Shown: in pieces, positions 55,301 to 64,000 of the stretch
How the letters are laid out: every line of letters starts with the position of its first letter
How positions within the stretch are numbered: position 1 is the stretch's first letter
Notes under the pieces: generated by a model
Seen by the model: only the letters and a program-made list of their open reading frames with translations
Databases searched by the model: none
What the model was told of the DNA's origin: nothing
Translations under genes and position numbers: made by a program
From: Ascidiella aspersa
Lineage: Eukaryota
Assembly (NCBI GenBank): GCA_963924565.1
Contig: OZ004607.1
Coordinates: 5,642,001 to 5,706,000, forward strand
Direction: 5' to 3'
Length of the DNA stretch: 64,000 nucleotides

Positions 55301-58300
55301 TAGTAATTAGCGTCAAGCCTCAAGTGTTAATACAAAATCATACCAACAAACGAATGAAATTTCTAGAATCAATTGTCTAAATTTGGCTAGAAATCAAAAT
55401 GTAGCTAGAATCATTTACCTGATCATTTACGCCAGGCATGAAAAACCGTCAGGGTTAAAATTAAGGATTAAATAAAAACTAAAACTACACCGACACCTGT
55501 GCTAAAAGTCACTGGCCCTTGACTCTGACAAACGTAAGGAAACCAGGTTGTTGTGGTATTTTTCTGTTTGACTGCGCAGTACCTTATAGGCAAAACAAAG
55601 AGTCCATAACCCGAAAACGAAAACTGCAGACGAATCATTATAGCCAAAGGTTCGGAGTAGGAACTGAACGCAACTTCAACAAAACAATGCCGAAAATTAG
55701 CCTACGTCGCAAATACGCCCAATCCTCTCTAATAGGCTGCCCGCATATCAGACTTGGACAACTAGATAATTCTAGTTGTGTGTTCTAATTCATTGAATTA
55801 GAGCAAAATGTGGCTAATTCTAATTCTAATCTAATTTATGAATTGCCTGTGCGCTCTAATTCTAGTTCTAATCTAATTCGGATTTTTCCAAAACTGCTAC
55901 TTTGTCCAACGGCATTTTTAGTCACTCAGTTGAAACACAGAATTTCAATTAAAACTCTTTGGTTGGAACGAGTTGTATGTAATTTTTACAGTATAAAAAG
56001 CATAAAAAGGGTTTACCATTTACATTCTTATAAGAATACTTTGCGATTAAATTAAATTGCTTGTATGTGATTTTAGTTCAAATTCGTTTTTTTAAGAATT
56101 CGGTAATTCTAATTCTAATCTAATTTGAGAAAACTCAAAATGATCTAATTCTAATTCTAATCTAAATTGAAAAAACTGAAATGCTCTAATTTTAATTCTA
56201 ATCTAATTTTAAAAAGCTAAAATAAATCAAGTTGTCCAAATCTGCCGCATATGTCCCCCTATTCAGACGCAAGCATACCGCGCAGGCCTATGGTGCTTTG
56301 ATTGTTGTTGCTTGGAGTCGGATTTCGTGTCTCGACCTTTTCACTTTTGATTCGCTCGTTCAGTTAGAGTTCACATTTCCTGCGTCGATTGCATTGCGTT
56401 TGATAACTGTTATCCGTTTATTGTCCCACAAACAGGGGTAATCAATAAGCAGGATACACAGTGTACCCTGAACTGATCAACCCCTTAAAGAAAAAAATCC
56501 CTGATTAATAACCCCGTTTAATCTTCTTTGGTATATTATACCTTAAAAATGCTTTAATGGCAAACTATACTCCATGGGCGGAAAACCTTGACCTCGCCCG
56601 GATTGCATTCCAGTATCTTCCCGCCAAAGAACTTAGGCGTAAAATGCTTGCCCATAACTACGCCAGTGACATCATTTGGCGTGGGATATCGCCGGCCCAG
56701 AGAATTTAATACAACAAGTAGGCCTTCTAGCATATTTATAGTAAAATTTTAGCGTACAATTTCGACCTGAATTTATGGTTTGAATCTTAGGCGGCCATAA
56801 TTATGGAATGCAGTCGGGGACCCCGCGGGCCATTTGTTGACCGGAAAATATGACTTGAGAACAAGCGTTGCTCATGCACTAGAAGTAGATTTTGACCAAA
56901 TATTCGGGTTTACATCACATTTTCAAATCGCGGTTTCAGCCAGCTTACCATCGACTGCGCTACTCATGCCCTAAGGAGAATATTACGAAATATCAGGGTT
57001 TAAATCACATCTTCAAGTCGTGATTTTAGCCAGCTTAGCATCGCCTGCCCTACTCGTTCCCAAAGGAGATGTCCTGTTGCGTTTTAACAGGGACACTGTC
57101 TCTTCATTGTAGCTCGGAGCCAACCCCAATCTGCGCACAACCTACGGTGAAACCGCGTCACAAGTAGCCAGCGCTCGGAGCGACCGCGCCCTCAGCGAGC
57201 TTCTCGCCTTCTACGACACACCCTATGACGTCAGCCGACAGTCGGCTGCAGCTGCTACGTCATCACACCACCCCTCGTCCTCCACCACAACCGAAAAAAA
57301 CGACTTCGAGTTGCAAACGCGATCCGGAATGTCGCAGATCGCTCGAACGGTGAGTGGTTTTGACTGAGAACTTCGATTTGCGTGTTTTTCGTGATCGTCA
57401 GAGTTTCAGAGACAACCGGAGGCGAGATTTTTTAAGTAAGCTTGGGCGGCTTATTTTCGATCATTGAAAATCGCCGCCCACACGCACTCATTTTTTATTT
57501 TTTCTGCCATTGCATGGCCAGTGATTTCAAACGGGGTCTTTTCTTCACGTGTAAGTTGTTGAAAGAAATAAATTGCATGAATAAAGTGGCTTTCCGCTTA
57601 CGCTAAAGTATGTATAGGCTGGCCTATGGTAAATACGGACAAATTTCGATAGACGATACAACATGAAAATAATAACGAAAACATTTTTCTGCCAAAGTTA
57701 CAAAAGTATGACGTAATAAGAATATCAAAGCCCATACAAATAGGTATCATTTTAAACGTTTCGAAAAGCGTTCAAAATGATACCTACTTCTGTATAGACT
57801 TTGATATTCTTATTACGTCTTACTACAACCTCCAACCATTATGTTACAAAAGTATATTTTAAAAGAAAACAAAGCTTAAAACTTTTCCTTGCAAATCTTG
57901 AAAAAAAAATCACCCGCCAACTTGCAATAACTCTGATGCCTAATCCGCTCGTTTCCTTGCCGCCTAGATTTACCCGCCGCCGAAACCGGACATCCACGCC
58001 GCCGCCTTCGGGTTGCCGCAAGCGCCTCCTAGCGGAGGAAATGGCGATATGATGACGTCATCACAGCACCGCAGTGCCGCCAGCGGCGACCTTTTCCTTC
58101 CGTCGGCGGTGAAGGTGGAGCGAGCGTCGCCCAGCAGAAACCCACCGCCCTTTCCCGAGCGCAGTGGGCAAAACCGTCGTCAAACAAACGGCGCTCTTTT
58201 GAAACGGGAAGTCCAAAAGGACCGCCAGCTGCAGCAGGAAAAACTACAGTTCCAGCAACAGCAGCAAAAAATACAGCAACATCAGAAACTGCAACAGCAA

Positions 58301-61300
58301 CAGGCCGCCGCCGCTTTCTTAAACCACCTGCACCACCAGGTTCCGTTCCTGGTGCCAGCCACCGAGCTGGTTCCACAGTGCACCACGCCGCGTCACAGCA
58401 CCCTAACGCCTGGATCCCAGGCCACAGCCGGCGGCAAAAGAAAGGCGCCGCCGCCGCCTACTAGAGCGACGCGGACACCTCCCCTGAAGCAGCAGCAACA
58501 GCAGGACCAGCCTCTCGATTTAAGCGTTAAGCGCTACAAGCATGCGCCTATGGAACGGGAGGCACCACTTCCTGTAGCGCAGCACACACCCCAACAAGCC
58601 CGCCGCGATCACATAGTCGCCGCGTCGCCAGTCCAGCCTACCTCGAAACTTAACGCCTCAGCGCCCCAGCCGTCACGTGACAAACCTCATACCAATCAGC
58701 ATCCGCCACCGCCGCCGCCTTATCCTCACCTGCAGTCTGTTATCATGTCAAGCCCAAACGCTGGCGAAGCGACTGGCAATTTAAGCAACGTTAACAGCAG
58801 GCCGCGGCGATATCGCAGCGACGACGGGTATCACGAGAGCGCGGCGGGAGGCAGTATCCTCTCCGACGTGGAAAAACAGGCCTTAGATCGGAGGAGGAGC
58901 GCTCCGGATGGAGTAAAGCGGGTAGGTTGTGCAGTTTGCGCATTTCCCTGTAAACGCAATTGTTGTTGTTGTTTGGGCGTTGGAGTGTAACTTGTGCGGG
59001 CTTACTTTGAAACGAAACCGATGTTTTGATAATAGGAGAAAGCCGAACAGTGCGGGCTTTGGAACTCTTGTTCAACTTGCTAGCTTAGTGTCGCCTGTAT
59101 TTGCGTAACAAATATAGATACGTGGGAATACTATGCACGTATCTGTAATGTAGCTCGATAATAAATTGCAAAGCCAAAAAGGTCGAGTAGATCGACATCA
59201 TCATGATTAAGACGTTTCGAAACGAGCTTATATCATCTTCAGTTAATGTGACTAAGGAGTAATTAATGTGACTAAGAAGGACGCAATCGTTGTCATTCTG
59301 AGTTTCTATAAATTCCAATATAGATCTGAGTTTCTATAGATACCAATATAGATCTGAGTTTCAGGGTAGAAGTGTGAATGGAAACTGATGTTGGCCATGT
59401 TATAAAGCACGGTTAACTAGAGGGCTTTTTTCCATGGTATGTCGCAATCTAGTAAAATTTGCCTCCATTCATTGGACAGCTGCCTATGACTAACAAATCT
59501 ATTTTACTTTTGCCAACTGGATTAGGAATACTTCCATGAGACAAGCCACAAAAACAGGCCAAGGTTTTTAAATTCTAAAATGACCAACAGGAAAAATCAA
59601 ATGTTTAAAACGAACTTGTCAATTTTACTAGCTAAGAAAAGCGGGGAGTAAAATTAAAAAATGATTAAATAACCTGAACCCTGCCAGGCAGGCATTACCA
59701 GGTTTCATCTCCGACAAATTTCACTCTGGCTGCTAAGGTTGTGTTGACTATTTTCCCGTAGCAAAATATTTCAGGCCACTGCTTTTTATTTCATTTTTAT
59801 CATAACTGATAAACGTTGATTTTATTTCGTCTCTTCATTCTTCATTTAGGCGTACTCAGGTCGACGTCAGATGGACCTCCACTCCTACACCGGGTGTCTT
59901 CCTCCCCACTACCTCCACCTTCTAGAGTCTTCCGGCAACCTCCCGATCCGGGCCAACCACGTCCTCCGAGACGTGTCCGACATCTTTGGCTCCTCAACCT
60001 CCGGCGCCGCTCTCCCTCGCTTCCCAGGTTCGTCGTCTTCATTTCCGACCTCCGCTCGCGGTGGGGAGTTCCCCAGCGGCGGATCAGCGGTGCCCACCAG
60101 CGTCATCGTGATGTCATCGTCGACGTCATCGTCAGCGAAAGGCGCGGAACTCGGGCTTGCCTTGGAACGACGCCTTGCCGATAAAGGTTGCAGGTTGTTA
60201 TATGATTTCTGCCTTTGTTTTCGCCAGGGAATGCCCTACATAAGTGGTTCTTGACCCGTTTCCTTGTTGCACCCAGTCCCATGTTAACAACTAGCCCCCC
60301 CCCCCCCCCCCAGAGTCTATGGCACTTAGTTACATTTAGTACATGTTTTATGTTATGTTTATGTCATTTTGCAGTAAATAATTTCAATTTTTCATGAATG
60401 TGTTTTATAACTTTTTGTAGCTTGATTTGCAAAATCATGCCCTTTTCTTGTAAACAGCCTTAGGCAATCCGGCCGTGGCTGCACCCCTTTCAAATCGCCA
60501 ACCAATTTTTGCACCCTATTCTAGAATTGCCGGCATAACAAAACGATTGTAATTTTATTTTTATTGAAGTAACACACGTACCCCTGGTTAAGACGTACCC
60601 CTGGTTAAGAATCCCTGCTCTACATGTTGCAAAAACACAATTATTTTACATCAATGCAATCTTAGTGAAATAAACCACTGGAAATAAATGTAGATTCAAC
60701 TTGTTGATGAAGATTACTGTCTGTTGTTTTATTTGGTCAAGTTAAATCTTGGACAAATTGCAAAAAAATACAATAATATGTAACGATAGCGATAGCTACC
60801 TGTGATGTGATGTATAAGTACAACAGCGGTATAAAGAAATAAATGTTGCAACACCATTCATACGCAGTTATATTGGCATGTTTTCCACCAGGCTTCGGTC
60901 CACACATACATGCAATTTAGATTAAAATATTTCGATTTCAACGTGCTTAAGTAAATATATAAACAGCATGGGTTTTCTTGACAGTTTATAAGAACTCCAA
61001 CGTTACACTTCGTAGTGGTTTCACTCAGTTCTGCTTAACATACAGTAGCTTCGAAACGGCCACAGGGCGAACAACACTAAAAACCACTGACTACCAAATC
61101 ACGATTTCGCATCTGTCCATAACTTCGCTGAGATGTCTCACAACCGAAATCGCGATGATGCATTCCAAAACGAGTTCTAACTTCGATGTTTGTTTGTTCC
61201 ATTATACGCTCGGCTGGAAAGCACCAGTCGAAATAATGACAAGCGCCGAGTTACCGCACGTTTCGACACAAACACGACCCCGAGTTTAAACCGAGAAACC

Positions 61301-62383
61301 AAACACTGAATCAGCGAAATTGCTGCGGGGTCATTCATGAAATTATGCTTAGCGCGCCGAAATAATTATACATTGAAAGGAATGAATTAGGATAGCAAAC
61401 ACGTATTCAGCGTATTATTAACTCAAACTGGTGAAATCGCTGCAGGGTCATTCATGAAATAATGCTTAGGCTTGCCGAAATACCGATACGCCGAAAATGA
61501 CGGATTAGGACCCTTTCTAACGAGAAGGTATGAGCGTATAATTAACCCCGTTCCGGAAGCGTTCGCCCTCTAAGCAAAAGTGGACTTATACTACAAGCTC
61601 TAGTCTACATGACCTGAAGTGCCCCTTGACTAGTCAACTGTAACGCAACGTTAACGTCATGTGACTTTGTACAACGCAATTAGATTATTTAGTTTTATTT
61701 GGAAATGTTTGGTCAAGGTTTTATAATGATCTTAAAAATTAGTTTTTGACTTTTTAGAGTTTTGACCAAACTAGATGCTTTAAGTTAATTAAGTTCGTTG
61801 CATAAGGGTGTTGGATTTAAGAATGATAAAAGTTCGTGTTCTTATTTGTTTTCATTTTGCGTTACTCAGACACCACAAAGGCGCACTAAAATCCTTTCTA
61901 CTGTTTTCGTTTTATTTTCCCACAATTAAGGCACGCTAACAAAAACAACAACAACAACAGCTGTTTACAATTTCTGCTCTCTTCCAAGGTAGAAGTCCGC
62001 ACGTGACCACCGGCCGCCATGACGTCACCACGAACGACGCACCTTGGCCGCCTACGTCATCATCATCAACGTCATCGTCGGACGGGCGTCGGCCGCGTTC
62101 CGAACTGACCGAAATGACCGGAGGGTCGTCCGGGTTCGCTCCGACCGAAGTGCGAGCGACGAACCGCGACGTCACGAGCGATGACGTCAGACCGTTTTCT
62201 TCAAGCCGCCGGAGGTTTCCCAAGCTGGGGATGACTCACGTGGCCTCACCGAGCCAACGTCATTCTTGCCCCGGGTGCACGGCGTGGCGCGAAACCGCCG
62301 ACGGCTCATTTTCTGATCGTCACAGTCAGCAGCCAAAGCAGCAGAGGTTCTCACTCAACGCAATGGAGCCCTTCAAAAAGTGA
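31194..62383 (+). CDS. IkappaB-family (BCL3-like) ankyrin-repeat protein, 9 coding exons, ~861 aa: join(31194-31366,34718-34826,39884-40097,52526-52614,54954-55031,57113-57349,57968-58921,59850-60186,61989-62383)
   Basis: All eight introns are GT-AG and phase-compatible (2,0,1,0,0,0,0,1). The joined peptide DEDGDTPLHIAVAKG...NKLLQTPFHL...DRHGNNGVHLA...NIYGLAPMHLA...GADINVADNKGGASPIILA...GANPNLRTTYG follows the IkappaB/BCL3 ankyrin pattern. Confidence 0.85.
33641..34164. mobile_element. MITE with (AAGTC)n arrays
   Basis: TIR CCAGTGTTGTAA/TTACAACACTGG flanked by TA. Related decayed copies at ~15863-16250, ~36170-36630, ~52946-53020 and ~53820-53960 (reverse). Confidence 0.82.
34718..34826 (+). 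CDS. IkappaB/BCL3-like exon 2 (PLHIAVAKGDEAMTRRLL...NKLLQ)
   Basis: Acceptor CACAG|, donor CAG|GTGAGC; ankyrin repeat 1. Confidence 0.9.
35218..35291. repeat. 26-bp tandem repeat, about 3 copies
   Basis: ATTTAAGTTTAGTTAGACTAACACAT units. Confidence 0.85.
38559..39132. mobile_element. hAT-type MITE with subterminal (CGGTT)n arrays
   Basis: Perfect 15-bp TIR CAGGGAGTCGAACCG; TSD GTTTTATC. Confidence 0.9.
39450..39760. mobile_element. hAT-type MITE
   Basis: TIR CAGGGGTTCTTGAACT/AGTTTAAGAACCCCTG; TSD TTCTAGAT/TTCTACAT (1 mismatch). Confidence 0.85.
39884..40097 (+). CDS. IkappaB/BCL3-like exon 3 (TPFHLTCITD...ESKNIYG)
   Basis: Acceptor TTTTAG|, donor G|GTAGGA; ankyrin repeats 2-3. Confidence 0.9.
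47236..47531. mobile_element. hAT-type MITE
   Basis: Ends TAGTGGTCGACAA/TTGCCGACCCCTG; TSD GTCTACGC; internal TGGGCCGC repeats. Confidence 0.82.
52066..52345. repeat. ~55-60-bp minisatellite, 4-5 copies
   Basis: GGTACAGGCAATTCTTTGTAGATTTTGCTTTTTCAGTT repeated. Confidence 0.9.
52526..52614 (+). CDS. IkappaB/BCL3-like exon 4 (LAPMHLAAQLNN...GADINVA)
   Basis: Polypyrimidine tract plus AAG| acceptor, donor GCG|GTAGGT; ankyrin repeat 4. Confidence 0.9.
54954..55031 (+). CDS. IkappaB/BCL3-like exon 5 (DNKGGASPIILATRG...ALLE)
   Basis: Acceptor GGCAG|, donor GAG|GTAAGA; ankyrin repeat 5. Confidence 0.88.
55749..56244. mobile_element. hAT-type MITE with (CTAATT)n arrays
   Basis: TIR CAGACTTGGACAACT/AGTTGTCCAAATCTG; TSD CCGCATAT. 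Confidence 0.88.
57113..57349 (+). CDS. IkappaB/BCL3-like exon 6 (LGANPNLRTTYGE...QIART)
   Basis: Acceptor TTGTAG|, donor ACG|GTGAGT; ankyrin repeat 6 and the start of the Ser/Thr-rich tail. Confidence 0.88.
57705..57824. repeat. ~120-bp imperfect palindrome (foldback repeat family)
   Basis: ACGTAATAAGAATATCAAAG...TAGGTATCATTTT / AAAATGATACCTA...CTTTGATATTCTTATTACGT. Related arms at ~35130-35180, ~40210-40355 and ~62745-62820. Confidence 0.8.
57968..58921 (+). CDS. IkappaB/BCL3-like exon 7: Pro/Gln-rich disordered region with PLDLS motif
   Basis: Acceptor CCTAG|, 318 codons in the frame of ORF 58013..58990, donor CGG|GTAGGT. Confidence 0.82.
59850..60186 (+). CDS. IkappaB/BCL3-like exon 8: Ser-rich (AYSGRRQMDLHSY...RLADK)
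   Basis: Acceptor TTTAG|, in the frame of ORF 59871..60254. The donor AG|GTTGCA is weak but phase-consistent. Confidence 0.7.
60063..60074. promoter_or_regulatory. Exonic kappaB-type site GGGGAGTTCCCC
   Basis: Matches GGGRNWYYCC and is near-palindromic; lies within coding exon 8. Confidence 0.25.
60242..60617. mobile_element. Diverged hAT-type MITE
   Basis: Ends AAGTGGTTCTTGACC/GGTTAAGAATCCCTG; TSD CCCTACAT/CTCTACAT. Confidence 0.7.
61989..62383 (+). CDS. IkappaB/BCL3-like exon 9 (RSPHVTTGR...MEPFKK*), probable last coding exon
   Basis: Acceptor TTCCAAG|, in the frame of ORF 62003..62383. The stop TGA overlaps a consensus donor GTGAGT, so the gene may continue. Confidence 0.7.
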
Positions 62384-64000
62384 GTGAGCCGTTTTTGTCG
62401 TCGCCAAATGAGAAGATCGGGTCTGGCGCTCGTAAGACCCCCTCGTTTAACGCGTAGGAATGAAGTTAAAACCGAACGCGTGAGGATACACCTAGAGTAA
62501 ACGCAAAGTTTAAAAAACGGTGTGAAATAATAGTTGAGTGACAGCGGTGGTTGTCAAAGTGTGTTCAGCGATATACCAGTGTCCAGTGTGCCTGAAGAGA
62601 TTTGTAACTGAGAACCGAAACGTTTTCTATTTTAGAAAAATGAACTATTCGTGTTTTCTAAAGCATGTAAGTTGTCATGTGAGGCCACAATGCGCAGTAT
62701 CCTTTGGAAAATAATCTCTTTGGTATTTACATATTTTAAAGCATAATGGTTAAAGGTTGTAGTAAGACGTTGCAAGAGTATCAAAGCCCATACAGAAGTA
62801 GGGATCATTTTTGAACATATCGAATAACCCTTTTATTTCAACATCAATGTATTTTATTTCTTACTACGGTTAACTTTTACTTATAGCTTGATAATCCGTT
62901 GAGAGGTGTAGAATGTAGCTTGGGCAGGTTATTTGCATACTCGCTGGATTTGCCTTAACGCTTAGCTTTGCATATTATAAGAAGGACGTTATTTCAGGTT
63001 AGCTTTTTTGTTAAAAGTGTATAGAATGGAGTTAGATCCAAGCTGAAAGCATTTACGTATAGAGGCTGATTTTAACTTGATTTGCTCTCTAGTTAAGCTC
63101 TGGCTAAACGTAATGCTCAGAGTGATTACTTTTACATGCCTTAAATTCTCCCGAGAGGTGAAAAATAAAGTCAAGCCTAGTTAATTGCACGCAGTACCTA
63201 GTATTAGATTACCTTTACTCGGCGTTTCTATGCAAAGCAGGGCAATTATTTCTGGTCAATCGTATAATTAAAATGTTTAAACATAATTTTTAAATGCATT
63301 TATGGATTTCCGCTTAAGCGCATTTGGAGCAACCCTGCAGACGTGCTAAGAGAGAGAAAATTAGCGTGAGTAAAGAAGTTAGACGGACCCTTTTTTTGTT
63401 TCGAAACTTTGCAGATTTTAACGTTTCCGGAGAAAGCTAATTACACTGAATTTTCAGTCAATGTCCGATTAAATTTGTAGCCGTTTTCTTGTTTGGGCTC
63501 GTTTGCCCACAGAGGGTCACGTATTTCGCTGTACTCTTTAACACGCAAGTAAAAAAGGCTGCTTCGTTGTAAACGGCTAATGGTCAGTGAGCAGTGCCTA
63601 GCACATTGATGGCTTACGAATGTCAGAAACGCGACAGTGCAGCAGGTCACTCAGTTGTTTACTTTTACAGTAGAAAGGCCTGTTTATTGAACTACATGAA
63701 TGGTTAGTTAGTTGCCCAAGGCTTCGATTCGAACGATGGTGTAGAACGGTTATTTGGTGCGAATGCTACCATCCATTTTCAAAATAATAAAACCTTTTTC
63801 AAAATAAAAAATTCCGCGGGGCAGCCAACGAGGAAATGACGCCATTCGCGGTTTTTATTTTGGCGAGTTTCGATTCCTCAGTTCTTGAAAAACGGGAAAA
63901 CATTTCGCTTTGCCTTCTTTGTGTGTCCACAGAATAGAGAATAAACAGCCACATCACGATTTTGCTCGCTGCGAAACTCAACTGCGGTTCGACATTATGC

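Noticed and set aside
57091-57112. Alternative upstream acceptor TTAACAG| for exon 6
   Set aside because: It adds 22 nt and frameshifts the ankyrin repeat.
58029-62223. Antisense and alternative-frame ORFs over exons 7-9 (58029, 59816, 59842, 59909, 61936)
   Set aside because: They are shadows of GC-rich coding exons; splice phases select the other frame.
31194-62383. Calling the gene NF-kappaB p105/p100 or assigning the symbol BCL3
   Set aside because: No Rel-homology or death domain is visible, and orthology to BCL3 needs a phylogeny, so no symbol is given.
1-64000. tRNA, rRNA or snRNA genes
   Set aside because: I recognised no cloverleaf or conserved RNA motifs by eye; a covariance-model scan would be needed to exclude them.

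Overview
AT-rich animal genomic DNA with spliceosomal introns. It is probably a tunicate (ascidian), inferred from the repeat content and TGACGTCA-rich coding sequence; the taxon is not confirmed. Two spliced genes can be reconstructed by hand. (1) Minus strand, running off the left end: the first three coding exons (3027-2812, 1877-1750, 1146-1002) of a probable axonemal dynein heavy chain-like gene, with a candidate RFX X-box upstream. (2) Plus strand, 31194-62383: a nine-exon IkappaB-family gene (about 861 aa). It has six BCL3-like ankyrin repeats followed by an unusually long (~600 aa) disordered tail carrying a perfect PLDLS CtBP-binding motif and poly-Q. Between the genes lies a 5.5-kb composite satellite (4908-10460) made of conserved blocks separated by variable 19-nt arrays and ending in a hairpin, which suggests a Helentron/HINE-like origin. 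Introns and intergenic DNA hold many non-autonomous DNA transposons (several with intact 8-bp TSDs), palindromes, local duplications and GC-rich patches with kappaB, CRE and AP-1 motifs. I found no rRNA, tRNA or CRISPR, and most ORF-track entries are spurious. All coordinates and homologies were derived by eye, without database searches.
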